A stretch of DNA of 62,056 nt, filler included, from Sphacelaria rigidula (Eukaryota): NCBI GenBank assembly GCA_964200075.2. It is 7 parts of 7 records of this genome, joined end to end, with 100 filler letters (N's around TTAATTAATTAA, not from the genome) between each part and the next. Parts side by side here need not be neighbours in the genome. Positions count along the whole stretch, not along the records: positions 8,881 to 17,660 come from CAXNAA020010120.1; positions 17,761 to 26,540 come from CAXNAA020010121.1; 5 more parts are not named here. One strand, 5' to 3'. Under the pieces are notes generated by a model, which ran no database searches, was not told the origin of the DNA, and worked only from the letters and a program-made list of their open reading frames with translations. Position 1 is the first letter of the stretch. The number at the start of each line of letters is the position of its first letter. This document shows positions 13,131 to 25,366 of this stretch, one piece after another. The position numbers were made by a program, and so were the translations under genes.

Positions 13131-13639
13131 CGAAACAAATCCAGTAGCACACGCGGCGGGTACGGGAAAAATGTCTTCCTTGGAGAGGCCGGGTGAGGTT
13201 TGTCTGATCATACCACGCAACGGATGAAGTGTGTCCAATTGTATCCATCGACGATCATTATCAAAAACGCTATGAGACATTCCATTAAATGAGACAGAAA
13301 TGGGTTCCAGGGCCTGGTACGGTACATTTGTAGATTGAAAGCCTTCTTTTGCTCCACTTGTCACTCGCACGGGTCTGAAAAATACGCATTGGGTGAATGT
13401 TGTTGCGTCTGAGCTGTCAATCATCAACCATATCTTGCTCGAAAACCCTGGATTGCTAACGATCAATTTTCCATTGTGAGTTCCAAAAGGGTCAACAAAA
13501 TGGACACGGTCACCGTGGAATACTCGGGACTTGAGGAAGACGAAGGAAAAGACATGGCAAAAAACGAACGAAATCAACACGTCGGACTGATTATGATACG
13601 TCTACAACTAAATCTTCTCAGTATGCTGATGTGGATTAT

Positions 13640-14201
13640 GATCCGGATCTGTTGGCCCCCCTTTCTCATGATTGCTTCTTAGAGCGCCGGACTCCGAGCA
13701 CGCCGAGTAGCGTGAAAGTTGCGCTTTGGATTTCGCGACTCCGCGGTCACATATTTCGTGTTTCTGGACCAACAGATTCGAGAGTCTTGTATGATTGGTT
13801 GTTTCAGACAGATCATGATCTGTCCCACGTGTAAAGAAATTGAACCAACACGAGGTGTAAAACAGAAACAAAACATAGAAAAAAAGAAGGCAACAAACGG
13901 TAGTTCTCCTTGTGTTTTGGAGCTCGAAACGTGCTTCATCCCTCCTGGATCACGCCCTACCTTCCACACGTCAGACATATCGTGATCTGTCTGAAAATTA
14001 CTTGTTCTCAGTATACTGATCTGGATCACTTGGCCCCCCTTTTTCATGTATGCTCCATACAGCGCCGGACGCCGAGCACGCCGAGCAGCGCAAAGGTTGC
14101 GGTTTTGCTTTTCTGACTCCGCGGTCACATATTTTGTGTTTTTGGACCAACGGATTCGAGAGTCTTGTTTGATTAGTTGTTTCAGACAGATCATGATCTG
14201 T
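13640..14201. repeat. Two direct copies of a ~185-bp repeat ending in the palindrome acagatcatgatctgt
   Basis: 13640-13822 and 14020-14201 align along their length. Confidence 0.8.
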
Positions 14202-14269
14202 TCGACATTTGCTACCTTCTACCCTCCCCCCTCGTGTTTGTCTGTGTATGTGTCTGCGCCTTGGAGCAG

Positions 14270-14415
14270 ATGGTAAACATCTGGGATGGGAAGAACAAGA
14301 AACGGCTGTGGCAGTCCAGCGCATACCCGACGGGCATTGCGTCTCTGTCGTTCAACCACGACGGCTCTCGCCTTGCCATTGCGTCATCTTACACCTTCGA
14401 GCAGGGGGCCATCGC
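14270..14415 (+). CDS. BUB3: BUB3 next exon ([48 protein letters not shown])
   Basis: gcag| acceptor and |gtgagt donor. It is a phase-0 continuation of the 9531-9650 exon across a 4.6-kb intron and carries the VNIWDGxNKKRL...LAIASSY signature. Confidence 0.93.
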
Positions 14416-14649
14416 GTGAGTATTTTTGGATCATTAGAGAGTTTCGGTGAACGCTTTTTCTGTCATTTCAGAGTGCAAATATATCAGGATCAGAGAGTAA
14501 CGAAAGTTCATTTCCCCCCACGTCAAATGTGGTATCCCCATGGCTATTTTTCGATGAGTTTTTAATTTAACTCTACAGTCTGATCCTGAGATATTGGCAC
14601 TCTGAAATGGCAAAAGAGCGTTTTCCCGAAACTCTCTGTTATCGTTGTG

Positions 14650-14658
14650 TGGTTGTGG

Positions 14659-14719
<61 letters not shown>

Positions 14720-14731
14720 CGTTGTTGTTGT
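14650..14731. repeat. (GTT)n microsatellite
   Basis: Directly visible, within a BUB3 intron. Confidence 0.95.
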
Positions 14732-15131
14732 TGCACACTGCAGTCTATCTCTCCCATTCCCTGATCTCTGCGATCGATGAAACGATGAACGGATTCGATC
14801 TGGATCAAACCAGTGTAGACTCGAAATTCTCTGCACTTACTTTCGACATTCATTCAGGAATTACCGAAATGGGACCAGGTGTGAGATCTGCGGGACACTG
14901 CTTCCAGACGGCACTACACCGGATGATACTGGAATGTCCATTGTATTGGTATTCAATAACGCCTGTACAGTAGTTCACAGTTGGCTGGGACAGATTTACG
15001 TTTCGTCCTCCCAAAATGTCATGAGCCGGGACGGGAAATCCATTCCATCCTGTGAGTATGTCATTACGTACTCCGTGCTACTACTCCCTGCGCTTTTTTC
15101 ATCTTTGAAACCAGCTGCGAATATGCATATG

Positions 15132-16529
15132 CTTCCTCTGTCCCATAAGTAAAGGTACCTAAATTTGTACGGGTCCTTAACGATGTCCGATCGTTTTTTA
15201 TTTAAATGAATTCTGCGGTGTTTTTTGGAGCAAGAAAATGTTTTAAACATTTGCAGCTCGTGCTTGAACTATGCCGCCGAACGGCTGCAAACAAAGTAGT
15301 CGGTCCAAAAATGGCCGTTTTCTGCCCCTTTCTGAGAGGAAAAAAAGTGTGAAAACATTTTTTTCTCGATTTTTTTTTAATCGCCCCCGCCTTCACTGCT
15401 GCCAAGAAGTCCCACGCGAAAAAAAAAAAAACGACACTTTTTTTCCCCTTGGAAAGAAGCAAGAAACGGCCACTTTTTGGCCGACTATTTTCAATGCCAC
15501 CGAACGGCTGCAAAATAAGTAGTCAGCCGAAAAATGGCCATTTTTTGCCCCTTTTTGAGGGGAAGAAAAGTGTCAAAACATGTTTTTTACATTTTTTATG
15601 AGTCGCCCCCGCCTCCACTGCTGCCAGGAAGTGTGATGGTATATGACTGAGGGATTGAATTAAAACTATTTTCCTTGTGGATATGCAGATGGTCCCCAGA
15701 AACGACCAGCGAGTATGGAAGGATTCTAGTCGAATGTGTGTTTGTATAACTGCCGCCGGGGGTTGAGGATGAAAAGGTTGTACCCGAATGGCTGCGTGTA
15801 CCTGCCGCTACTACAGTTTTTGATTGGCTTGGGGTACAGTGCGTCACGGGGAGTAGTATTTATATGACAAGATTGTATGCGTAGCTAGGAGCTTTTGAGG
15901 GTAATCGTGTGCCTCATCGCCCAGGCGAGGCACTTGCGTCCCGACTCAGCGAAGGCCCTTCCGTAGAGAATCCATAAGAAGGAACATCAGCTTTTCATCT
16001 ATTCTGCGCAAGGTCAACCTGTGGCGAGCCGTGACAAGCTAACAACACGAGTAAGTCACGAGTAACATAATTTCCTTGTATCACAGTGGTGTTTCCTTTT
16101 CAGAAGGAGGTCGGTGCTTACTTTCAACCGCAGCTGTCTACTGCCGACGACTGCCCTTGTATGAGAAAAACATACGGTTTGAGTTACGAGCCGAAAACAG
16201 GATCAGCGAGCCACATACTCTACCATCTCGGGTCGTGGCCTGCTTTGCTAGCGATTACGTCGCAGTTGGGGCTTCAGCTGGCAGGAAGTCCCACGCGAGA
16301 AAAAAAAAACGACACATTTTTCTTCCTCAGAAAGAAGCAAGAAACGGCCACTTCTTGGCCGACTTTTTCCCATGCGGCCGTTCGGCGGCATGGTTCAAGT
16401 ACGAGCTGCAACTTTTTGACACATTTTCTTGACCACAAAAACACCGTAGAATTCATTGAATAAAAAACGATCGGACATCGTTACGTGCTCGTACAGATTG
16501 AGGTATCTTTACTTATGGGAAAGAGGAAG
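15132..16529. mobile_element. Stowaway-like MITE of the 5450-5940 family, with ~640 bp of unrelated internal sequence (15633-16270)
   Basis: Same TIR CTTCCTCTGTCCCATAAGTAAAGGTACC at 15132, and the reverse arm ending GAGGAAG-TA at 16529. Confidence 0.8.
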
Positions 16530-17593
16530 TATAAATGTGAATATATATTTCTCTCCATGAGTCCCTCGAAGTCATCCTACGATAGGGGGCGGGAAAGGGG
16601 GGATGTTTGATTGCACGAAAAAAGAGACCCATAGGTGTATCAGACGACCTACCACACTCGCGGTGCGCCTGTATTTGGTTCCAAACGGTGTCAAGCAGTA
16701 TAAGTGAGCGTTATATATCTGTTGTATAACAAGCTCGTTCGAACAACCGTTGCTGCTTTCAACGACGATTTGACTTGGAATTTTGTCCAAGACGTGGCCC
16801 GAAATACTCCTTCTCTCCCGCCTCTCTCTATCGTAGGACGACTCCTCTTTGCCTATCGCTTCCCTCTGACACTCACACTAGCTGATCTGTCCACCTACCC
16901 TTTTCACCTTGCCCGTATTCTGCTCTCTCGTGCGATTTGGCAGTCACCCCAAGGACCAGATCTTCGTGCGCGATGTCATGGATTCCGACGTACGGCCAAA
17001 AGCTCGCAAGTGACATTCATATCTTGCTGTAATTATTTTAGGAGCGTCCATTATCACCCATGGAAATAGCCTGCATCGAAGGTATCCTGTTTTTGGTCAA
17101 GGTGAAAGATTTGTTTTTCTTCTCATCTTTTTTTTCCCGTTCTTCCTGGTTGTGGCGGATGCGGACCGGTGTTGGTTTCACGGCGGGGGAGTTGCCGCGA
17201 GGGTGGGTTGGGGGGGGAAGATGGGGAGGAGAAGATGTGACGATTGGAATAAATTGGTGCTGTGTGGAGACCTGCATATTGCGGGGGTGACCGCCGGTCT
17301 GTTTTCACAGGGAAATTACAAAGCTTTAATGTAAAAGGGAAGATTCTGCGTCGAGATCGTCACGTACTCTTGTAATGGGGAGAAGGATCTTCTACAGTTG
17401 GTGACCGCGCTGGTCCTTGTAAACCGAGAACAGCGGGTGCGAGAAGGAGAGTATTCCTTGTGCCCTATGAGGTCGCCCAGGTTTGGCTATGCTGTCGTGA
17501 AGGATGACTTGTGGGAAGGCAAAGGCTGGACGGGTGGATGGGATATGTTGTGCTAGAACGTGTGGTGGAGTTGTTTGGGAGCGGGAGGGGGGG

Positions 17594-17660
17594 AGGGGGG
17601 GGGGCGTACTCATTTGTTGCTTGCCTTAGTCGTTTGACCGTTGACCACGCATCCCTTTCG
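17594..17660 (-). mobile_element. Short poly(C)-tailed repeat, truncated by the contig end
   Basis: Reverse complement of cgaaagggatgcgtggtcaacggtcaaacgactaaggcaagcaacaaatgagtacg-Cn. Confidence 0.85.
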
Positions 17661-18214
17661 NNNNNNNNNNNNNNNNNNNNNNNNNNNNNNNNNNNNNNNN
17701 NNNNTTAATTAATTAANNNNNNNNNNNNNNNNNNNNNNNNNNNNNNNNNNNNNNNNNNNNATGCGAGGTCAATGGGCTTATGACTATGGCAAGCATGATC
17801 ATGAGTACACCCCCCCCCTCTCAAAGACATCTCCAACAAGTATTGCTCGCGCTGAGGAGCAATGGTTCCCGAAGGTTTAAGGGGGAGGTGAAACATTCAC
17901 ATTTTTGGCGCCATTAAAATTGGGAAAGGGGTCACTTAGCTCGGGGTGTTACAAACATTTAGTCGCGCCAAAAGCACTTCTGCAGAACTCCCTACCTAAC
18001 GCGTACACCTACAGCGTTCCCAGGATATACATATACACACCAACCAGACAGAGCAACCAGCGAGAGCTTCTTCATGGTGCCGACTAACGAAGTCCACAAC
18101 CAACAAAACAGGATGCACGGAACAACGTGTCTGCGACGGCAACGACAACGACGTGCATATATCGTTTCTCTTCTGGTTGGTCGTACGTACTCCACTCCAT
18201 CGCGACGCACGCAC

Positions 18215-18466
18215 CTCCAAGAACGCATCGCACTGGAAGAAGGCCTGGAGTCTTCGCACCGCCTTGAGGTGAACAAACCGCGACTTAAGCTGGGGAATCA
18301 GCGTCTGCTGTCTACGACTGGCCAAGATGTACCGCTCACGTCCGGCGAACGGAATGGACCCGAACGTGCCCGCTGCGCCGCTGGCAAGAGGCAGGAGAGG
18401 GACGCCGTGCAGCTGCTCCCATGTCTTCTTGCTGGTCGTCAGTTGTTCCTCCCATTTCTCTTTAAG
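18215..18466 (-). CDS. Sacsin-like protein, exon g (LKEKWEEQ...LHGVPLLPLASGAAGTF...LIPQLKSRFVH...FLE)
   Basis: ctgtag| and |gtgcgt sites, 252 nt, phase 0. Contains the LxGxPLLPLAxG sacsin motif. The supplied ORF track shows only part of it. Confidence 0.87.
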
Positions 18467-19230
18467 CTACAGGACGAGCACAGAATAGGAAGCGGGTGTA
18501 AGCGAGGAGGCGTTATAGCGGAGGGGCTTAGGGGCACAAGAAGGGATTGGTCACGGTTTTCTTCTGGGCTATTATGTCGTGTATTTCGCTGTGATCGGTT
18601 ATCTGTGGGCGTTCTTGGTTGAATGGGGTGTCTCATGGGGGTAGCACGGTGTCCCCGTCAAAACAATTGGCGGGTGCGAAATTGTAAGTGTGTCTGCTAT
18701 GTCCCCCAAATGACCTTCCAGCAAACGATCAGGCGCGATGCTCACAAGAGGGCAGCAATCATCCCCACACTCGAGAAAATGATCAAGTAAAGAACACAAC
18801 GAGAACAGGAAAAACAAAGCTCACAAGAACAATTTCCCTTTTCTCCATGTCTGAAATATATACTACTACATGGAGCACACGAAACCTCTTGTGAGAATCA
18901 ACGCCAACAAAACAAGAGCGAAAAAAAAGGGCAACGTTTCGCAAACTATTCATGAACCACGTTCCGACACACAAATTCTCACAAGCAACGAAAATAACTC
19001 CCCACCAAATTTCCATTTGCCAGGGTCCGGGGTTATCGTGGATGCGACAGTACCGAAAACGAACCAGAATACGAATCAGTCTTGCACAGCAAGAAGAATG
19101 ACGAAGTCACGGTACTGTAAAACTTGCGCAAAAAGTTCACGATTATGGATCATGACTCACACACATTTTTTTTTGTACTGTAACAACCCCCGCCATTTCC
19201 CCCTTCCTTCAGCCTACTGAAGGAGCTCAC

Positions 19231-19743
19231 CCTCCGAGCCTGCGCCTCCGCCCTCGCTGCGTCATCCGCCAAATCGTTCCCGGCGCTACTTCCGCTGCCG
19301 CTACCTTCCCCCCCATCCTCGCCCCCGCTTCCTCCGGCAGCATCGACATCAGGAGACACCCCAGCGACTTCGGGGGGTTGACTATCGCCCTCCGGTGGAG
19401 GGCAATCAGACAGACAGAAGTCGAGCAACTCTAGCACAAGGTCAATGTCCGGCCCTGCTGGAGGCTGCTGTTGCTGTTGTTGTTGTTGGTGCTGCTGCTG
19501 CCGTGAGGGCATCGGATCGCGGGCGCTCGTGGATGAGGAAGAATCACCGTTGTGCCCTCCTGCTCCTGCATACTGTCCCAGGATCTCGGCTACCGAACTG
19601 CGTGCGATGCTTCCAGGGGAACGGCGCAGGAATTCTCGGACGGATGCCGGGGTTATCTTGCGGACAGTTACGCCGGACTGTCTCGCGAGGTCCTCCGTCA
19701 CTGTGTGCGGTACTGAGAAAAGATTTACGTGCTGCCGAACATA
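19231..19743 (-). CDS. Sacsin-like protein, exon f (YVRQHVNLF...ITPASVREFLR...LLDFCLSD...QARR)
   Basis: tttcag| and |gtgagc sites, 513 nt. TPxxVRxFLR and LLxxCLSD are sacsin motifs. Confidence 0.87.
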
Positions 19744-20046
19744 CTGAAATACGCAAGGCGTGGCATGAGGCAGCGTGGCATGAGTGGGTCGGGCGGAGAG
19801 GGTGAAGGAGGAGGGGGTGGGGGGGAGTGGCTGGTGAAGAAATAAGATTTTAGAGAGAGATCTGTGACAGGTGAAACGAACCTTACTGTGAAGAGGTTCG
19901 TAGATGATGGTGAGGAGAAAATAATCGCTTGTACGTTTTGATAAAGACGTCAACAGGATCACGAAAAATCGAATGTACTTGTGGAAGGAGGGGGTGGGGG
20001 TGGAGGTTACTCATTATCTTGTTTATGCCGTGGTCAAATAATCATT

Positions 20047-20650
20047 CACCTCGCGTCCCCACAAAGCCGGGACAAAGCATGCCGGGTTTTCGCCAGACCA
20101 GGCTCGCAGTCAATTACCAAGCGCGAAGCGCCATGACGTGTTCGGCGAGTCGCATGAAGGGCGACCTGCATCATGCTATGATTGTTCGATCCGAAGCGTA
20201 CTGATTATCTTGCGATTGTATTACAGCCTACAATAAGTTGCTTCGTTTTCCGGTATCGCCACTTCCAGAGACAGCCACGGGTTACATTGCCTCATGGGTG
20301 TCCAACCATTTTAAACACTGCGAAGTACGATCATCGCTTTTGTGAGGTCACATCCTGAACAATATATTACATTACCGAAAATTGTACTGGGTACGGTATG
20401 GGCCATTGCGTCTAATACATAGACAATACACCCTATACTGTACGCAGTACATTTTTTGACAACGTAATCTTTTGTCCAGGGTGTGCAAGAGTTGAGGTTC
20501 TCCACCCTGCACAATATGATCTTACTCGACCACCATCATGGTTTCCGCAAAAAAAAAAACGCAAGCAAGGAACGGAACGGTAACCTGGTTGCCTAGCTTT
20601 TGCAGTGAGTGGCGCGTTTCACAGCGTGATTGCCAACCGACGCCAACCCT
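20047..20650 (-). mobile_element. Long poly(C)-family copy in a sacsin intron, interrupted by a small nested repeat (~20340-20480)
   Basis: Reverse-complement match to 31540-32010. The insert resembles ~9195-9280 and ~29070-29150. Confidence 0.8.
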
Positions 20651-21049
20651 CAAAGGCACAGCCGTGGAGGGGGATGCGGGGGTCGTAATATTGTTCGCAA
20701 GTAAATACCAACGTGCCATGTACCAATCGGATCGACAAGGCTTGGGGCGTGCTCGGCTTCCGGCAAAAGTTGAACGCGTCGGATCAACCTACAAGACAAC
20801 GAGAAGGTGCACCAGCGATCAGTCGTGACGGTACTTGCCATTACGGGTGGCACATGAAATGTGTGACACGGGATCATTGCCAGGCAGTCAGTGACAGCGC
20901 GTGCATATGCTCAGCGCAGTAAGACGCGCTGAACGTGGAACATGATTCCCTTCACTAGCCTTCAATCAAGTGGCTTTCGACATGATGGCCCATCTTGGAT
21001 ATAAATATATATTCGCGTCACCAAGACTTGAAACACGTTCGTTCCCCAC

Positions 21050-21169
21050 CTCCTCAACGGGTGCGCTAATAGCCTGTTCCTTGAAATATCCATCCTTCAT
21101 GCGCATGAACCCTCCGTCGGTGGTGCTCCGGCTCAAATACAACGGAAATTCCGCCAGGCGCACGTACAT
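21050..21169 (-). CDS. Sacsin-like protein, exon e (MYVRLAEFPLYLSRSTTDGGFMRMKDGYFKEQAISAPVEE)
   Basis: gcag| and |gtggg sites, 120 nt, phase 0-0. Confidence 0.82.
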
Positions 21170-22275
21170 CTGCCGCGCGCAAAAGAGTTGGATCGCAAGA
21201 CCGGAAAGATCCACAGGGTGATGACTGAAGACGTCATGACTTTTCTCGCCTGCATAATTAAATTAAATCGCCGAGCCCAGGAGGAGTTACGGACACGTCA
21301 ACACTAATTTGCGCGAGTCGTGTGGCTCAACACCCCACAGTACACTGTAGGATCTGCTTTCTGGTTCCCGTCCTCCGTAAGCGTGAGAGCGCGGATTGGA
21401 AAGAAAAATGAACTTCGATGAGATTAGACGGGCTGCGGGAGTATTTATCCGAAGCACGACATCAATTTGCAAGGCATGTGTCCCTATTAAATTTGATCTT
21501 TTCCCCCGCAGCCCACAAAAGCCTTGGAGTTGAGCACGGTTGGGGTGACGGGAAGGTACCGTTCACCCAGGATGACGCCTTTTGTTGCGTTTTGTGTACC
21601 GGCGATTGTATCCGAACCGTGTTTGCTTCCACCAACTTTCTTTCCGGGGGGCAAACAGTCCGAATCTAGGTGGAACGGGAGGAGGGTTCAGGATAGAACT
21701 ATGACAAACAAAGAAGGAAAAAAGGGTGGCTTGCGGTGTGTCCATGAGCATGGAGAGTCCCTTCCTCACGTCCGTGGAATTTCGCAACCTCGACCCTTTC
21801 AGCAAGCTTCCACCAAGAATTTTCACCCCAGCACGAGGTAGGTCTTTGCCCTTCACCCATTCTTTTCCCCCCCAATTTATCATGCTCAAAAGGGGGTAAT
21901 TTGAAGTGGAAACCCCGCCGAGGCGTTACAATTACTTGATTCCAGTGTGAAAGACCGAAAACAAGAACGCTATGCGAATTATGCCAAGGCATGGAGGCCA
22001 AAGGTCTAGCGCGAGGCGGCTTGCTAGCTCACGTCGTCCCCACGTATACCACTCTTTTCTCTCCTAGCTAACCTGGTGTATGCTCCACACTACAGCCACG
22101 AGCCAGACTCAACGATGGTCCTCACGGTAGCTAGCCTTTTGTGGGGAGCATAGCGTTTTCATTTGGCGGCGCCGGTGTGTCAGGTTTGTGCGAAATCCAA
22201 TACCAACTTCGGCTTCTCGTCTCTGCATGAGTATCAGTCCCCCCCCCTTCGTACTTACAAATATCTAACCCCTAC

Positions 22276-22481
22276 CTCTGCAGGCAGCAAGACCGAAAAC
22301 GGCGGCAACGTGCGCTTTGCCAGTGGCCAGTACTGGTATAGCGAAGCAGCGTTGTTGCTGACCAGCAGTTGATTCTTCAAGTCCACCAAATGCTCTGGGA
22401 CCAGCTCCCTGCACACACTGCCAAAAATCTGCTTGTTCCAATGCCACGGAGCTAACGTCGAGGCCCTCACGGCGGGAGTAG
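22276..22481 (-). CDS. Sacsin-like protein, exon d (...WNKQIFGSVCRELVPEHL...LYQYWP...)
   Basis: tttcag| and |gtaggg sites. The phase-1 start matches exon c, and the WN...Y..WP pattern is typical of sacsin repeats. Confidence 0.85.
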
Positions 22482-23511
22482 CTGAAAACCACCCACGTAC
22501 AAGATCGAAAGACACAGGCCAATAGGTCGCGCGCGGGGGGGTGGGTGGGTATACGGTGTTCGATGAGATCATGACTGTGGTGCCCTAGGAACCAGGTTGT
22601 TCCCCGCTGTATCAAACAACATCAAGGACATCGTATCACGTTTAAGCTTCACACCGCGGGACGCAGTATTTCCCGAAGGGTCAGGACACAGTAGCCCAAC
22701 GAGTACAACTTTGGCGTACTTGTTAGGGTACATGGCATGAAAAAAGAGGACAATAGTTCGCGGCCAGTGAAATATCTCCAACACACTTGCGTCATGGATC
22801 AATAGCAGTGTGCTCAAGATTCGAAAAATCAATTGATTGGTTGACTGCCGAACGTTAACATTAACTCATCCGCGACAAATTCAGCCGCGGTGACAAGACA
22901 AACAAAGTCCAAGGTGAAACAAAAGGAGAAAAAAAAATCGCCCTAGGAAACTCGAGAACGAAACGGGGTAAATATAATAATAAAATGGTGCGCGATAATG
23001 CTAATCTTCGACAACACCTTCAGATGATACTCTCCCCGTTTTTGCGTCTCACTCGACTTGACAACAACGAACACACCCATCTTCGACGTTATCATACGGT
23101 AGGACAAGGACGGGGGAACAGCATGAACGGCACAACACTGGGGTTCGGCAGTTCTACGAATAAAGTTGGCTTGAAAAAAATTGGCCACACACGAGACACT
23201 CAAATTTCGTACTGCGCAGCAGGATGAACCGCACAGAAACTATTATGATGTGTGAAAAGGCTGCAAAATAAAACAAGGGCGGATAAAACGCATCGAAGAG
23301 AATATTGAACGACAAACATTCGTGGAAAGTGCGTGCGCGCCTGAAAGCAGAAAGTATTGTTGGGTCTAGGGGTTCTTTTCGTCTTTTTCATCGCAAACAC
23401 ATAATACACAAAAGAGTCTGTTCATCTGAACTAGGGATGTTAAGTTTGTTCAAGATCATGACAACGGCACTGCCAGGGTACTTCAAGTGCTGCACCGACC
23501 ACAGTACGTAC

Positions 23512-23617
23512 CTCTGTCGTCTGTCCTCTCCATGATGAACACCGGCTTCCTCTGCTGCCTTGATACGAAGAAAGGGCCATCCAGGTGAAACGGCAGTCCG
23601 GTACGAACAAACGAATC
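23512..23617 (-). CDS. Sacsin-like protein, exon c (DSFVRTGLPFHLDGPFFVSRQQRKPVFIMERTDDR)
   Basis: cacag| and G|gtacgt sites. TGLPFHLDGPFFVS corresponds to the sacsin repeat motif TGLPVHVNGxFxLS. Confidence 0.87.
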
Positions 23618-24234
23618 CTGTGGACAAAGCAGGTACAGAAAACGAGAAAAACCCAACACGTGATTCTCAGTAAAAAACTTCCCACGTCCGCGAGGGTGCT
23701 GCACCAGCCACCCAAACGCCTACATGATTCAAGCACGAACGACCAAAGCAACTAACGACCGAACACAGCAACGACCAAACCAACCAACGACCGAACCGAA
23801 CAACACGATCAACCCGACAAATTCTCATCAGAACAAGCGAACAAACAACTATGCACCCGTTCACCTTGGCACCAACCCACCCGAAGCAACCACCGATGAC
23901 GGAAACTAATGTGGTCAGCTAGCCGCCCAAACAATCAACCAAGCAACGGAACCACCAAAAACACATCGTTCAACCAGTCAACCAGCTTCTTATCCACACA
24001 AGCTAACACCCAATTATTCAGCCGTTCACCTAGTCACCCAACCACCCACCCCAAGCAACCAACCATCTCAGTCACAAAAAAATGACCGAGACAACCAATG
24101 AACCATCTATTCACCCGAATATATAACCGAACATCCAACTATGTCACCGGTCCCCCCCCCCCTCCACACACCCCATGCAGCTGATTCAATGGACCGATCA
24201 TCAAAACTGACTACACCGCCAAGTCAACCATCCT

Positions 24235-24301
24235 CCGTCTCGAAAAGAGATGCGTGGTCAATGGTCAAACGACTGAGGCAAGCAACAAATGAATACGCCC
24301 C
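24235..24301 (+). mobile_element. Short poly(C)-tailed repeat flanked by an ~81-bp diverged direct duplication
   Basis: Flanks ~24154-24234 and 24298-24378 both read Cn..ccacac..ccatgcagctga..aaaactgactaca.cgccaagtcaaccatcct. Confidence 0.85.
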
Positions 24302-24410
24302 TCCTTCCACACTCCTCCATGCAGCTGAACCAATCGACCGACCATAAAAACTGACTACATCGCCAAGTCAACCATCCTACCTACCAAACAACACTAACAT
24401 CCCTTCACCA

Positions 24411-24411
<1 letters not shown>

Positions 24412-24486
<75 letters not shown>
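24412..24486. repeat. (AGCA)n tetranucleotide microsatellite
   Basis: Directly visible, intronic. Confidence 0.95.
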
Positions 24487-24502
24487 CGACTGATCAAGCC
24501 AC

Positions 24503-24655
24503 CTGTCCGACGAAGATACGACCCTTGATCCTGGGCGCGCTGATCGGTGTCCTGGAGCCGTTCGCCAATAAGTCGCGGCCCACTCGAGAGGCGCATGTGA
24601 TGAACGGGGTAAGGTTTTCACCCATATATTCGCTGGAGAGAGCTAAATTTCTCGC
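24503..24655 (-). CDS. Sacsin-like protein, exon b (ARNLALSSEYMGENLTPFITCASRV...IKGRIFVGQ)
   Basis: acag| and |gt sites, 153 nt, phase 0-0. GRIF precedes TGLPFH, as in the sacsin GRxFCFLPL..TGLPVH motif. Confidence 0.82.
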
Positions 24656-25111
24656 CTGTTGTAGTTTTGCAGTAGGAAAGGAATATGTATATATATTTAT
24701 ATCATACAAAAGAAAAAGAAAAAGGAAGAAAACGAAAAAGAAAGGAAACATTAAAGCAACGTGAAAATAGACGAACAAGAGCAACAAAAAAACACAGTTT
24801 TGAAGGGAAAGCCCACAAGAGAGCACGTCAATACTGTCCGGAGCACGTTCTCGCTGCTCCTGGGTCTCCTCCATCCCTCCCCCCTGGAATCAACATCCCA
24901 CATCGAGTGACATTCTCGCGTCTCTAGCGACAGCAAACAGACATTCCCACGAACATAACGGTATCTATCAGGGTTCGAACCCTCAACTCCACCCTGACCG
25001 ACTCACGATTCACCAGTTACACTACTATGGCGCGGCGCCAAACAACATGTTCACAAAAAAAGACATACACAAGCTCAACAGAAGTCGAAAAAATCTTTCA
25101 AACGAACTCAC

Positions 25112-25366
25112 TGTAGGTGGGGCCAGCACGTAAGACAAGACCCACTTGTCGTCCACCTCCCTCATGCGCACAGTCCCGCCTTTTATGCCACTGTCCTCGC
25201 TGCCGCCGCCGCTTGAAGCACCATCCCTGATTGCGCTCGGGCGACCTTCGGCCATGGTGGTCGTTGTGACAATGACACTGTACGTCCCGCGAGAGGGTTG
25301 GAATCCCTTAAACAGCACGCTCAGGCTGGACTTCCGCCACTCTGTATCGGCCGCCGTGAGTCGACG
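25112..25366 (-). CDS. Sacsin-like protein, exon a (RRLTAADTEWRK...KWVLSYVLAPPT)
   Basis: acgcag| acceptor (less certain) and ACA|gtgagt donor. 255 nt, phase 0, joins exon b. Confidence 0.75.

Noticed and set aside
14434-14973. Poly-Q, poly-T and poly-L ORFs
   Set aside because: They are translations of an intronic (GTT)n microsatellite.
17594-17818. Apparent inverted pair of poly(C) elements flanking a gap
   Set aside because: The two halves belong to different concatenated contigs.
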